A program made the position numbers and the translations under genes. From Candidatus Obscuribacteraceae bacterium (GTDB lineage: Bacteria; Cyanobacteriota; Vampirovibrionia; Obscuribacterales; Obscuribacteraceae): a stretch of 64,000 nucleotides of DNA. Shown here in pieces: positions 19,108 through 29,838 of the stretch. Numbering within the stretch: the stretch's first letter is position 1; every line of letters starts with the position of its first letter. The stretch spans positions 96,001 through 160,000 of the forward strand of contig JBGASG010000006.1 of NCBI GenBank assembly GCA_044229845.1. Direction: 5' to 3'. The notes under the pieces are model-generated. The model saw only the letters and a program-made list of their open reading frames with translations. It did no database searches and was not told the DNA's origin.

Positions 19108-20061
19108 CTACTGTTCGTGCAAAGCAAGTTTCACCAGCAGCGGTAAATGATCTGATCCGATATTGGGTCCCGATTGGCGCTGCAAAGTTGCAAACTGATC
19201 GCTGATTAAGCAGTGGTCGATGGTGACGAACGGGAAGATGTGCGTCGTCCAGGTCGGCTGAAACCCGAAGCCCTGTTCACTGTCCTGTAGATTTCCATCG
19301 CGCAGCAATTGCGAAAAGTAGAAAGACCAGGGGCTGCAATTAAGGTCTCCCATGAGAATCACAGGTTGCGTCGCACTGCGCGCCTCGGTGGCCAGGGTCT
19401 TCATCTCAGGGTTGCGCAGACCCGATTTGTCATGCGGAATCACCGTGTGCGCCATGATTAAAGCTATGTCGCCGCCGGGCATCTCGAGAGTCGCCTTAAT
19501 ACGCGGTCGGCGAATTTTACCGGTGTACATGACCTGTGCACCGCGCAGCGGATAGCGGCTGTAAATGGCAATGCCGCCATGATGCGGTTCGACCACGCGG
19601 TACGGATATTCAGAGAGCCGGCTGCTCAGCTGCGCGTCCCACTTTTTTGTAATCTCGGAAAACCCAATCACATCCGGCGACTTGTCTTTAACCAGCTGCA
19701 CCACCTCGTCGTAGTGGCTGTTTCGTCCGCCCCACAAATTGAATTGCAGCAGAGTCAACTCCTGTTTAACTGATCCCGCAGCTTGCGCGGCCGGCATATA
19801 AAGCTGGACAACCGGAACCAGATTGATAAACGCAAACACTGCCAGCACGGACAGAGACTTCCATCGTTTTGCGACAGCGAAGATCAGGAGTGCCACCAGA
19901 AACGCCACCGCGTAGAGAACGCGCAGATGACTGAACAGCTCCGGCAGCCAGTGCACTTGTCCGAAAAAACCGGACATACTGATGCAACACAAGGCTACTG
20001 AGGCGCAGCAAACCACAAATAGAAAAATATTTGCCAGCGCTCTCGACAACCCAGAAGCCAT
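19108..20061 (-). CDS. Membrane-anchored endonuclease/exonuclease/phosphatase (EEP) family protein
   Basis: Three N-terminal TM segments; PDVIGFSE, GDLN, IDH, SDHLP. Confidence 0.9.
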   Translation of the reverse strand: MASGLSRALANIFLFVVCCASVALCCISMSGFFGQVHWLPELFSHLRVLYAVAFLVALLIFAVAKRWKSLSVLAVFAFINLVPVVQLYMPAAQAAGSVKQELTLLQFNLWGGRNSHYDEVVQLVKDKSPDVIGFSEITKKWDAQLSSRLSEYPYRVVEPHHGGIAIYSRYPLRGAQVMYTGKIRRPRIKATLEMPGGDIALIMAHTVIPHDKSGLRNPEMKTLATEARSATQPVILMGDLNCSPWSFYFSQLLRDGNLQDSEQGFGFQPTWTTHIFPFVTIDHCLISDQFATLQRQSGPNIGSDHLPLLVKLALHEQ

Positions 20062-20191
20062 ATACCTTCCTCGCTGCTAGGCCATCCTATCGCATGTCGC
20101 TTGAGTCTGCTCGCACAACGCAAGGCGCCACCCTGTCGCACTTTTCCCGGTCGGCTAAAATAGACATTGGATTTCTGAGGCGTCGTTTGGT

Positions 20192-21040
20192 TTGTCATCA
20201 GGTGCATCGAAGATAAACTTAGTCGGCGCCCTGCTGATAACAGCGCTGGCAGCAATCGCAACCCTGTCGAGCCCCTTGTGCCGGCCGGCGGTTGCTCAAC
20301 CGGCTTCGACCGACAAGCTGGCACAGATCACTGCCCGCGGCAAATTGCTCGCTGAGTACGATGATGCCTGCTGGAAGGCAACCGATGCACTGGCTGCCAC
20401 TTCACCGGCACGCGGTTCCAGACGATTTTTTGCGCGCAAGGTAGGCAATACCTGGTGGGTCGTGTTCGGCCGACCGACCGCCGATCGCAGCGCTTTCGCA
20501 GTGGAGTACGAGGCGACCTGGGCACCGGGCACGCAACGTGCATTCGGGCGCAAAATCGTGCCACCACGAATCGAGACCAATTCAGACTGGCTAAATTATT
20601 CTCGTGCACTGGATACGGTGCTACCCGGTTACAAACCGCAAGTCTCAAACATGAACTATGCGGTGCTGCCGGCAGCAAATGGATATTACGTTTATTTCTA
20701 TCCCGGTTCGACTGAGCAAGGCACCTACCTGCTTGGCGGTGACAATCGCTATCTGGTATCACGCGACTTGAGCCGCATTTTGGAAGCGCGCACGCTGCAC
20801 AAGTCGATCATTCCTTATAGTGCGGAGCCAGGCAAAACTATCACCCTTGGCTATCACACCGCCATCGTCGATAACCTGCCGGAAGACACCGACGTGTTTC
20901 ACGTGCTGCAACGGCGACCTGCGGTGCCTGAGCTGGTAGTGACGCGCGATTACGTTTACAAGATTTTCAATAACGGCACCATTAAATATATGGGCACTGC
21001 CGCCGATCTGGAAAACAACAAACTCCACGTCGAAGACTAG
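20192..21040 (+). CDS. Hypothetical secreted protein
   Basis: 282 aa with signal-peptide-like N-terminus; fills the intergenic space. Confidence 0.7.
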   Translation: MSSGASKINLVGALLITALAAIATLSSPLCRPAVAQPASTDKLAQITARGKLLAEYDDACWKATDALAATSPARGSRRFFARKVGNTWWVVFGRPTADRSAFAVEYEATWAPGTQRAFGRKIVPPRIETNSDWLNYSRALDTVLPGYKPQVSNMNYAVLPAANGYYVYFYPGSTEQGTYLLGGDNRYLVSRDLSRILEARTLHKSIIPYSAEPGKTITLGYHTAIVDNLPEDTDVFHVLQRRPAVPELVVTRDYVYKIFNNGTIKYMGTAADLENNKLHVED

Positions 21041-21041
21041 T

Positions 21042-22217
21042 TCAAGCTGCTTGCGGCGTAATGAAGAATTTGATTGCGCCCTGCTGTTTCTTGACGAAAG
21101 TCTTGTACGCTTCCGGGATGTCGTCCATGCCGATTTTGTGCGTAATGACGAAACTCGGATCGATCTCTCCGGATTGGATGCGTTCCAGCAGCATCGGCAT
21201 GTATCGCTGAACGTGAGTTTGTCCCATTTTCAGACTGAGCCCTTTTGCAAACGCAATGCCAATCGGGAAGTTCTGCACCACCCCCACGTAGACGCCGGGG
21301 ATGGAGACCGTACCTCCATTACGGCACACCTTGAATATTTCACGCAATACGTGAGGACGATCTGTCTCCAGCTTCACCGCCTGCATCGCTTTGTCCAGCA
21401 CCGCATCCACGGTGTGTCCGGACGCTTCCATACCGACCGCGTCGATGCATGCGTCTGGTCCGAGTCCGTTAGTCATTTGCTTAAGTGCGTCACTGATATC
21501 TTCCGCGGCGAAGTCGATGGTTTCGGCACCCGCTTTCCGGGCCATCTCTAATCGTTCAGGCAGTTCATCGATGGCAATCACTCTTTCCGCGCCCAACATG
21601 AAGGCACTGCGTATCGCGAACTGCCCCACGGGTCCGCAGCCCCAGACTGCCACAGTCTGTCCAGGTTGAATGTTGCAATTCTCAGCCGCCATATAACCAG
21701 TGGGAAAAATATCGGACAGAAACAAGACTTGCTCATCTGACATCGACTCCGGTATCACCACCGCACCGACATCGATATAAGGCACTCGCACAAATTGTGC
21801 CTGTCCGCCTGGAAATCCGCCGTACATATGCGAATAACCAAATAGACCCGCGGTGCCGTGTCCGATTAGTTTTTCTTGCATCTGCGCATTCGGATTGGTG
21901 CGGTCGCATAAGGCAAACATCTGTTGAGCGCAAAATGAACATTGCCCGCAGGAGATTGTGAACGGGACGACAACACGATCGCCGACTTTGACCCTTTGCA
22001 CGGCAGAACCGACCTCAGTTACTCTTCCGGCAAATTCGTGCCCAAGAATGTCCCCCTTTTCCATCGTTGGCACGAATCCATCGTAGATGTGCAGATCAGA
22101 GCCACAGATCGCCGACGCTGTAACCTCCAGAATCGCATCAGTAGGGGCCAGAATTTTTGGCTCAGCAACCTCTTCCACGCGTATATCCTTCGTACCATGC
22201 CATGTTGCAGCTTTCAT
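21042..22217 (-). CDS. Zinc-dependent alcohol/formaldehyde dehydrogenase (FDH-like)
   Basis: ICGSDLH, GHE, CGQCSFC...[15 protein letters not shown]. Confidence 0.93.
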   Translation of the reverse strand: MKAATWHGTKDIRVEEVAEPKILAPTDAILEVTASAICGSDLHIYDGFVPTMEKGDILGHEFAGRVTEVGSAVQRVKVGDRVVVPFTISCGQCSFCAQQMFALCDRTNPNAQMQEKLIGHGTAGLFGYSHMYGGFPGGQAQFVRVPYIDVGAVVIPESMSDEQVLFLSDIFPTGYMAAENCNIQPGQTVAVWGCGPVGQFAIRSAFMLGAERVIAIDELPERLEMARKAGAETIDFAAEDISDALKQMTNGLGPDACIDAVGMEASGHTVDAVLDKAMQAVKLETDRPHVLREIFKVCRNGGTVSIPGVYVGVVQNFPIGIAFAKGLSLKMGQTHVQRYMPMLLERIQSGEIDPSFVITHKIGMDDIPEAYKTFVKKQQGAIKFFITPQAA

Positions 22218-22365
22218 CTGTGCACCTTCCAGTTCTGGGTCCTCAGGGGCGACGGGATGTCTGAGGCAAAGTTCCGCATCTCACGGTGAGCACGCTAGCG
22301 GTACTGTATATGGTGTCACGTCCTCCAACGGGAACCAAGGACAGGCTCTGACTGTCCAGTTAAAC

Positions 22366-23112
22366 ATGAGCACCGCATTCATGTACAAGCCGAGCCGAGC
22401 CCAGCAGAAGGAGCAGGAGAAACAGTGTACCCTCACGCAATGCTTGCTGGCAGAATTTGTCGGCACGTTATTGCTGACAGTTGTAGCCACAGCGCCAATC
22501 GTGATCGGTCAGCAATCTGCTGAGATCACCCACGCCGATAAAGTAGTTGCACCGGGATTGCTGGTGATGGCCATGATATACACTGTCGGAAATCTGTCCG
22601 GAGCTCATTTCAATCCTGCTGTTACTCTTGCATTTGCTGCTCGACGAGACTTTCCGTGGCGTCGAGTGCCCGGTTACTGGCTTGTCCAATTGGCCGGGGC
22701 TCTAGCCGGCGCCGGCTTAACCTCCTTGCTATTTGGAACCGGCGAGCACGTCGGCGCGACGTTGCCCCATGGCGGAATTGGTGTTGCTCTGGTCACAGAG
22801 CTGTTTCTAACTACACTTTTGCTGCTGGTAATTCTTGGTACTTCAAAAAATCACAAAATCGCAGGCAGCAATGCTGCTATCGCTGTTGGTGCCACCATAA
22901 GCTTATGCGGCATGATTGCCAGTCCGATCAGCGGTGCATCTATGAATCCCGCACGCTCGTTCGGACCAGCACTTCTCTCCGGCTCATTGGATACCTGGTG
23001 GATATACCTGATCGGTCCGTGCTGCGGGGCCCTGCTGGCAGTCCTCTTACTGTTTATGCTGCACGGACAGCACAACGTGGACGAAATTGAAGCAGCACAG
23101 GGAAAGGATTGA
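22366..23112 (+). CDS. MIP family aquaporin
   Basis: SGAHFNPAVT and GASMNPARSFGP; likely start 22366 or 22381 rather than 22087. Confidence 0.93.
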   Translation: MSTAFMYKPSRAQQKEQEKQCTLTQCLLAEFVGTLLLTVVATAPIVIGQQSAEITHADKVVAPGLLVMAMIYTVGNLSGAHFNPAVTLAFAARRDFPWRRVPGYWLVQLAGALAGAGLTSLLFGTGEHVGATLPHGGIGVALVTELFLTTLLLLVILGTSKNHKIAGSNAAIAVGATISLCGMIASPISGASMNPARSFGPALLSGSLDTWWIYLIGPCCGALLAVLLLFMLHGQHNVDEIEAAQGKD

Positions 23113-23115
23113 TCC

Positions 23116-23904
23116 ATGGCGGGTAGGATATCGGTCGGCACCTCCGGCTGGAATTACCAACACTGGCGCAAAAAATTCTATCCAGAAGGAGTTGCTTCAA
23201 AGCATTGGCTGGAGTTTTATGCTGAGTCTTTTTCAACTGCTGAGGTCAACTATTCGTTTTATAGGCTGCCGAAAGCAGAGACGTTTGAAAAGTGGTACCA
23301 GCAGGTCCCCGATGATTTCATCTTTGCCTGCAAGGCAAGCCGCTATCTGACGCATAATCTTAAGCTCTCTCATGCGGCCGATGCGTGGTCACGGGTGATA
23401 ACTCCCATGGCTCATCTTGAGGACAAGCTCGGTCCGGTGCTGCTTCAGTTTCCAGACCACTGGCAAAAGAATTACGACCGATTGGCTGAGTTTCTCCAAA
23501 TGACGAAGAGCAACACGCCTGAAGTCATCAAACTGCGATTAGCCTTTGAGTTTCGCCACCAGTCGTGGCTCGCAGATGAGATCTATGAATTGCTGAGGGA
23601 GTACGATGCAGCCTTTTGCATTGTCGACTCCAATCAGATGCCACGCACGGATGTCATCACAGCTTCGTTTGCATACTATCGCTTTCACGGTCGCACCCGC
23701 AAATATGGTTCGCGATATACCGATGCGGAGCTGCAAGAAGAAGCTGCAGCCATGAAGAAGCTAGCTCGGCGTGGGACTGATGTATTTGCTTACTTCAACA
23801 ACGATGCTCAGGCTTATGCCGTCGAGAATGCGCAAACGCTTATGCACTACACGCAACTGGAGCGAGCACGCCGTGGAACTAAGGAGCAACGCTCCGCTTC
23901 ATAG
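23116..23904 (+). CDS. DUF72 domain protein
   Basis: VGTSGWNY, EVNYSFY, LLQFP, EFRH.SW, YYRFHG, YFNND. Confidence 0.93.
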   Translation: MAGRISVGTSGWNYQHWRKKFYPEGVASKHWLEFYAESFSTAEVNYSFYRLPKAETFEKWYQQVPDDFIFACKASRYLTHNLKLSHAADAWSRVITPMAHLEDKLGPVLLQFPDHWQKNYDRLAEFLQMTKSNTPEVIKLRLAFEFRHQSWLADEIYELLREYDAAFCIVDSNQMPRTDVITASFAYYRFHGRTRKYGSRYTDAELQEEAAAMKKLARRGTDVFAYFNNDAQAYAVENAQTLMHYTQLERARRGTKEQRSAS

Positions 23905-23936
23905 CGAAAAGCCCCGCAAATCGAAGAGGAATAGTC

Positions 23937-24824
23937 ATGGACAAGCGACTGGACAACAAAGTAATCGTCATCACAGGGGCCTCGAGCGGCTTCGGCAAAG
24001 GCGCGGCCAGACGTATGTCTGAACTGGGGGGATCGCTGGTTCTGGCTGCTCGTCGCGAATATTTGCTAGACGACCTTGTCTATGAGTGCGAGCGCCTCGG
24101 AGGTCATGCCACCGCTGTGCCGGCGGACGTTTCGCTGGTCGGCGATGTACAAAACATTTACGATGCAGCCATTGCAAAGTTTGGAAGAATCGATGTCTGG
24201 ATCAATAACGCGGGAGGAGCAGCGATAGGCAACTTCACCGACGTCCCCCTCGCAGATCACATCAAAGTGATCGAAACCGATCTGAACGGCACCATGTATG
24301 GAAGCTATTTTGCATTACAAGCTTTCGAGAGGCAGGGGTTCGGCACTTTGATCAACGTCGCTTCGATGATCGGTAGAATCGCTGCGCCATACTACACTTC
24401 ATATTCTGCTGCAAAACACGGAGTTATTGGCTTGACAGCAGCACTGCGCCAGGAAATGTCAGAACGCAAGCTCGACAATATTCACATTTGCTCAGTGCTA
24501 CCAATGGCGATGGAAACACCGTTCTTTGAACACGCAGCGAACTATACCGGCAAGGAGTCGGTTGCCATTCCCCCAATCAGCAACCCGATAAAAGTGGTTG
24601 AGACTTTCATCGATTTGATTTTCCACCCCAAAGCGGAAGTAGCGGTTGGAAAGGGTGGAGTTCTGTTCTCCATTTCCGATGCCATGGCACCGGGACTAAC
24701 TGAAGCGATGATGGCCAAAAATACCCACAATGCGCAGATAAAGAATGCACCGCCCGCGGAGCCGACGCCCGGCAACTTGATAAATCCGACTCCGGACGGA
24801 TCTGACGTCCGCGGCCGGGTTTGA
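23937..24824 (+). CDS. Short-chain dehydrogenase/reductase
   Basis: TGASSGFG, INNAG, YSAAK. Confidence 0.93.
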   Translation: MDKRLDNKVIVITGASSGFGKGAARRMSELGGSLVLAARREYLLDDLVYECERLGGHATAVPADVSLVGDVQNIYDAAIAKFGRIDVWINNAGGAAIGNFTDVPLADHIKVIETDLNGTMYGSYFALQAFERQGFGTLINVASMIGRIAAPYYTSYSAAKHGVIGLTAALRQEMSERKLDNIHICSVLPMAMETPFFEHAANYTGKESVAIPPISNPIKVVETFIDLIFHPKAEVAVGKGGVLFSISDAMAPGLTEAMMAKNTHNAQIKNAPPAEPTPGNLINPTPDGSDVRGRV

Positions 24825-24839
24825 GGAGTTCTAACCGAA

Positions 24840-26411
24840 ATGAATGAGAAGAAACAGGACAGGCAGACCTCATCGATTTGGATGGAAAACTATCCCGGTC
24901 GTATATTCCCCACCTTGTCCGGCAACATCGACGCAGTAGATGTATGCGTTATCGGAGCCGGTATCACCGGTTTGTCGACAGCACTGCTGCTCTTGCAAAA
25001 CGGCAAGTCAGTTATCGTTCTGGATGACGGTGCGGTCGGCGGTGGCGACACTTGCAGAACGACGGCCCACATCACGGCTGTGCTGGATTCGCGTTACTTC
25101 GAAATTGCCCAGATGCACGGCAAAGAGAATGCGGCGCTCGTCGCCGAGAGTCACATCTCAGCTATAAACAAAATCGAATCAATCATCAAGCTCTTCGTGA
25201 TCGATTGCGACTTCAAACGAGTCGACGGATACCTGTTTGCTGCCGATAGCGACCAGCACACGATCAAAGACTTGAAACGAGAAATGGATGCGGTGCAAGA
25301 GTTGCCCGCGCTTTCCGCCCGCCTCGTGGATCAACTGCCATTCGCGCCGAATACTCCGGCCATCAAATTCTCGCGGCAGGCCCAGTTTCATATCCTTAAA
25401 TATCTAAATGCGCTTTGCGACGGAATCGAAGAGATGGGAGGACGCATCTTCTCTCACGAACATGTCGTTGGATTTGAAGACGGCGAAAACGTTCGCATAA
25501 TGACACGCAGTGGAAAGCAAGTTATTGCTAGCAATCTGGTGGTGGCCACGCACAGCCCGATTTCAGATTGGGTAAAAGTGCACACGAAGCAAGCACCGTA
25601 TCGGTCGTATGCGATTGGCGTCCCTATTCCCAAAGACTCTTTCCCTCTTGGACTCTACTGGGACACAGCAGAACCATATCATTACGTACGGGTTCAGACC
25701 TCCCCTTCCACGGATGAGGACATGTTGATCGTTGGCGGAGAAGACCATCGCACCGGCGAAGCGAACGATGCAGAAAAACGATTTGCGCGCTTAGAAGAAT
25801 GGATGCACAAGCGACTGGCGGTAACCGGCAGGGTCGAATATAAGTGGTCAGCTCAGGTCTACGAGCCTGCCGACGGACTTGGATATATCGGAGTGGATCC
25901 AGCTCACAGCAAATACAAAAATGTTTTCGTTTCGAGCGGCGCGTCCGGCGTCGGCATGACACATGGCACTATTTCAGCAATGTTATTGACAGATCTGATC
26001 AGCGGCGTAGACAACCCCTGGAAGGAGATCTATTCTCCGGCGCGCAAACCGCTGGGTGCGGTACTCGACTATCTCAAGGAGAACATCAATACCGCCGGGC
26101 AATATGCCAGACTCGCAGCCCCGAGCGAAGTTAGCGGCATCGAGTCTCTGGCTCCAGGAGAAGGTGCCATAATCCGACGCGGTCTGGATCAGATTGCGGC
26201 ATACAAAGATGAGCAGGGGCGTGTACACGAACTTTCAGCGCACTGCCCACACTTGGGCGCAACGTTGTGCTGGAACTCCTGCGAGAAGAGTTGGGATTGT
26301 TCGGCCCACGGGTCACGATTCGACGCTACCGGACAAGTGATCAACCCGCCGGCTAATTCGGATTTGAAACCACATAAAGAATCGCAGTCCAAACATCCAA
26401 AAGCATCGTAA
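24840..26411 (+). CDS. FAD-dependent oxidoreductase with C-terminal Rieske [2Fe-2S] domain (YhfW-like)
   Basis: GAGITG FAD motif; CPHLG...WDCSAHGSRF. Confidence 0.92.
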   Translation: MNEKKQDRQTSSIWMENYPGRIFPTLSGNIDAVDVCVIGAGITGLSTALLLLQNGKSVIVLDDGAVGGGDTCRTTAHITAVLDSRYFEIAQMHGKENAALVAESHISAINKIESIIKLFVIDCDFKRVDGYLFAADSDQHTIKDLKREMDAVQELPALSARLVDQLPFAPNTPAIKFSRQAQFHILKYLNALCDGIEEMGGRIFSHEHVVGFEDGENVRIMTRSGKQVIASNLVVATHSPISDWVKVHTKQAPYRSYAIGVPIPKDSFPLGLYWDTAEPYHYVRVQTSPSTDEDMLIVGGEDHRTGEANDAEKRFARLEEWMHKRLAVTGRVEYKWSAQVYEPADGLGYIGVDPAHSKYKNVFVSSGASGVGMTHGTISAMLLTDLISGVDNPWKEIYSPARKPLGAVLDYLKENINTAGQYARLAAPSEVSGIESLAPGEGAIIRRGLDQIAAYKDEQGRVHELSAHCPHLGATLCWNSCEKSWDCSAHGSRFDATGQVINPPANSDLKPHKESQSKHPKAS

Positions 26412-26438
26412 GACGTCGAGATTGATTGGGCTATCGCT

Positions 26439-27152
26439 ATGGAAAACAGCAAACGTGTATTGACCATCGACATCGGTGGCAGCAGCACGAAGATGCTCGT
26501 ATCGGGTAAGCGCAAACCGATTAAGATTCCCACCGACAAGAGATTTTCCCCACAGATATTGATGGATGGTGTTGAAAGCCTTCCAGACGATTGGGAATAT
26601 GATTGCGTGTCGGTTGGATTTCCCGGACGCGTCAGCAGGCAAGGGCGAATTCTCGTCGAACCGCTCAATCTAGGAAAAGGCTGGGTCGATTTCGATTTCG
26701 AGAAGGAATTCAATAGACCGACTAAAGTAGTGAACGACGCGGTATTGCAGGCCGTGGGCAGCTATGGTGGCGGGCGCATGCTGTATCTTGGACTTGGTAC
26801 TGGCGTGGGCTCAGCATTCATCGTTCACTACCATGTCATCGACTTTGAGTTGGGCGCGTTGTTGTACACCAGCCAGATGCTGGCCGGAGATGTGATCACC
26901 AAAGAGAAACTCCGCACGATCGGCAAGCGTGAGTGGAATCGGCGCGTCAAAAAACTCGCCCGAGCCATGCGAGACGCATTTCTCGTCGACTACGTTGTCC
27001 TCGGAGGTGGCAATGCGGAGCATCTGAAAAATTTGCCGAAGCGTATCGTGCGTGGCGATAATAAACTGGCGTTCAAAGGCGGTCAAAGGCTGTGGGCACC
27101 AACTAAAGATGGCGAGGAATTCGTCCTCCACACATCTCATGTCGTTAGCTGA
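26439..27152 (+). CDS. ROK family sugar kinase (polyphosphate glucokinase-like)
   Basis: IDIGGS, VGFPG, VVNDA, GLGTGVGSA, LGGGN. Confidence 0.88.
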   Translation: MENSKRVLTIDIGGSSTKMLVSGKRKPIKIPTDKRFSPQILMDGVESLPDDWEYDCVSVGFPGRVSRQGRILVEPLNLGKGWVDFDFEKEFNRPTKVVNDAVLQAVGSYGGGRMLYLGLGTGVGSAFIVHYHVIDFELGALLYTSQMLAGDVITKEKLRTIGKREWNRRVKKLARAMRDAFLVDYVVLGGGNAEHLKNLPKRIVRGDNKLAFKGGQRLWAPTKDGEEFVLHTSHVVS

Positions 27153-27156
27153 AGTT

Positions 27157-28173
27157 TTAGAACTGCTGCAGCTCTTCGAGCGAGAAGATCTCACCCTGTT
27201 CATCAGCGATGAAACGCAATGCGCTTTCGTACAGTGGTTCTTGCGGAGATGGCTTCCAGGGCGTCTTCTGTCCAACCTGGCGGGCAATCTCTGCCAAGGC
27301 GATGGAAGCGGTCAAACGAAACTGATGATTGTGGACAGAATCGCCACATTCGATGAACGCCATCTGAACCCGCTGTGCAAATCGGCTGAACTCACCGATG
27401 ATCGAATCATCAATTACGGACTGATCGATCAAAACGACCAATTGGGACAACCCTTCAGCGAGTCGAGCTTTGTGCAATGGCACGACACCGGAGAGTCTGC
27501 TGCTTCCCCGAGATACACCACACACAACAATGACCGCTTCTTGAAATTTATATTGATGGTGCTGTTTCGTGGGAATTACCCTGATCTCGTTCTTAGCACG
27601 GCGAGCGGCGGCACGCGCCTCCCGCTTTAAACCGTGATTGCCTCCAAACCAGACGTTGTGTCGATCTTCCACGAACACCCGCTGCCAACCAAACGCGCAG
27701 GCAGACCGAATAGAACTGCCCAGCTCCACATGGTCGCTTCCTGCAATCAGCAATATCTCCGGTCGCCTTTTTTGCGGTTGACTCCTGGTCGCCATCGGTG
27801 CCGCAAATCGGTTGGACAAGTAATAGAGAACAACGGCGGACGCACTGGCCACATTCAAGCAGTTGACTTTTCGCGAGACCATCGGGATGCACAGCAGGGC
27901 GTGCGAGGAAGAAACCACAGCTACGTTTCGTGATTCCGCCGGCACGCGATAGCCATAAACACTCTTCGCCCCGGGTTGATTGTCCAGAGCAATAATCATG
28001 TCGTGTTCCGACACGACTTGTTCGAGCGTTGCCACAGAGCATTCGACTTGTGTCGCGATACCCTTTCGATCGAGCAGCGAGCAGTCTGCGCCAAACATCG
28101 TCGCGGCGCCGATCATCGCCCGAGCGTTATGAGGGTTTTCTATTCCGTCACCAACGAGATCGATTTTATGCAT
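27157..28173 (-). CDS. Protein with two SpoU/TrmH-like RNA methyltransferase modules
   Basis: DGIENPHNARAMIGAATMFG...IPM...CLNVASASAVVLY; second module ELGSSIRSACAFG...TASIALAEIARQ; start MHKIDL overlaps the upstream gene stop. Confidence 0.7.
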   Translation of the reverse strand: MHKIDLVGDGIENPHNARAMIGAATMFGADCSLLDRKGIATQVECSVATLEQVVSEHDMIIALDNQPGAKSVYGYRVPAESRNVAVVSSSHALLCIPMVSRKVNCLNVASASAVVLYYLSNRFAAPMATRSQPQKRRPEILLIAGSDHVELGSSIRSACAFGWQRVFVEDRHNVWFGGNHGLKREARAAARRAKNEIRVIPTKQHHQYKFQEAVIVVCGVSRGSSRLSGVVPLHKARLAEGLSQLVVLIDQSVIDDSIIGEFSRFAQRVQMAFIECGDSVHNHQFRLTASIALAEIARQVGQKTPWKPSPQEPLYESALRFIADEQGEIFSLEELQQF

Positions 28174-28867
28174 CCAGCGCCTTCGCATACAGCGCTCGAC
28201 ATTTACGGGCAAACAGCTCGGCCGCCCGTTCATGATCAGCGGTGCGCATCACCTGCGCTTTGCGCTTTCCCTTGAAGTGCTGAATCAGGTGATGCCCCAC
28301 CTCGTGCATCAGCACCTCGAACAGCATGTAATCCCGTAATCCATTCTCATCCCAGGAAATGATGTTGCGCAGGCCGTCATCGGATGTTTCTATCTGCGCG
28401 CCACATTGCTGCAATTCCTTCTTGTCGTGCCTCGAAAGTTTACTCGGCACAAACCAGGGAGAGACGGGCTGCTCATACAAAACGACTTTGCCCGGCACAA
28501 ACAAACGCCCGAATAACAAGTTTCTTCCAGGCTTGGCGCTCGCCGGTGCCTGGGACAAATGAATCTCTTTGATGCCGTAAAACGCCCGCGCACCGAAGAA
28601 CTGCAGCAGTTGCTCGATGTCATTCTTGCCGGCCGGATGGTGCTGGTTTCTTCGCGCACGTTCTACAGTGATGCGCGGCAACCGAGGCTGCGGAATGTCA
28701 TCTTCGCCCGCATCGTCAAATTCTTCCGCTGCAATTCCCAATTGCTTAAGCAATGCACCGGCGCGCCGAGCCGCACTGATATCGCCGGCACCGCGCGGTT
28801 CGCGAGGCAGGCGCACCCGACGGGCGGCAATAATTTCTTGTGGTCGCGTGTGTTTGCTTCTGGACAA
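28166..28867 (-). CDS. Hypothetical zincin-like metallopeptidase (HExxH)
   Basis: LFEVLMHEVGHH...HERAAELFA; basic N-terminus MSRSKHTRP. Confidence 0.7.
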   Translation of the reverse strand: MSRSKHTRPQEIIAARRVRLPREPRGAGDISAARRAGALLKQLGIAAEEFDDAGEDDIPQPRLPRITVERARRNQHHPAGKNDIEQLLQFFGARAFYGIKEIHLSQAPASAKPGRNLLFGRLFVPGKVVLYEQPVSPWFVPSKLSRHDKKELQQCGAQIETSDDGLRNIISWDENGLRDYMLFEVLMHEVGHHLIQHFKGKRKAQVMRTADHERAAELFARKCRALYAKALDA

Positions 28868-28901
28868 ACTGAATCGGTCCTTCCATGCTCGGAAAACTCA
28901 A

Positions 28902-29765
28902 CTATAACAGTTTCCCCAGAACCTCCCCCAGCTTCTCGTGCAAGAGGAAGTGCCCATAGTCAGGCAACGCAATCAACTGGCAGTCCGCCATTTGGTCCGC
29001 GTATCGCTGCCCCATCGTCAGGGGACAGAGATTGTCCTGCATGCCCTGCCAGGCGATCACCTTCGTTTTAATATCAATCAGTTCAAATCCCCACGGCGAG
29101 CCGACCGCCTTGTAATCAGCGAGCACCCCGTCCGAACCTTGCCGCAGCGCCTCGCGAAAAAACTTGGCGACGAAGTCGGCCGGCGCTTCGCGAATCACAC
29201 GCCGGTCTCGCTCGCAATGGAGGTGGGCGACCAGCCAGGCATCCAGCGACCATGGTGGCATATGGCGCACGGTTTGCAAAATCGCCGACAATATCGGGGC
29301 CAGCGTCGCATCACATTTGAGCAACAAGCGATCCTCGACCCAGCCGAGCTGTTTGAGCGACAGCGAATCGGCAGGACCCATACCACCGACGGTGCCCACC
29401 ATCGAGACCAGATGCGGCAAAGCAAAACCGCAAACCAGTGCGTAGGCGCCACCGAGTGACCAACCCAATACGGGAAAGTTGCGGATGGAAAGTTGCGAAG
29501 CCAATTCCTCGATGTCGGCGGCAAAGCTACGTAAAGTGCGCTCCGGCAAATGATCCGAGAGCCCCATGCCGGGACGATCGACTGCCAGCAAACGGACTCC
29601 CATATCACTGCAAATCTGATCGGCGAACGAGATATCGTACCGACTGGACAGACCGCCATGGCAGTAAATCACCGGTTTGCCGCCGGAGGCGCCATATTGA
29701 GCAAAGCCAAGCAGGCGCCCGTCTTTGAGGCGAATTTGCTGACTGTCGAGTGCGCTATTATTCAC
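28902..29765 (-). CDS. Alpha/beta hydrolase
   Basis: HGGLSSR, DRPGMG, GWSLG, QD, GH. Confidence 0.9.
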   Translation of the reverse strand: MNNSALDSQQIRLKDGRLLGFAQYGASGGKPVIYCHGGLSSRYDISFADQICSDMGVRLLAVDRPGMGLSDHLPERTLRSFAADIEELASQLSIRNFPVLGWSLGGAYALVCGFALPHLVSMVGTVGGMGPADSLSLKQLGWVEDRLLLKCDATLAPILSAILQTVRHMPPWSLDAWLVAHLHCERDRRVIREAPADFVAKFFREALRQGSDGVLADYKAVGSPWGFELIDIKTKVIAWQGMQDNLCPLTMGQRYADQMADCQLIALPDYGHFLLHEKLGEVLGKLL

Positions 29766-29838
29766 TGGGACCCATGTGTTTTACGTCACATTCGTCTATT
29801 ATGCTGCTCGGAAACCTTACTCTCCTGAGACCACCATC

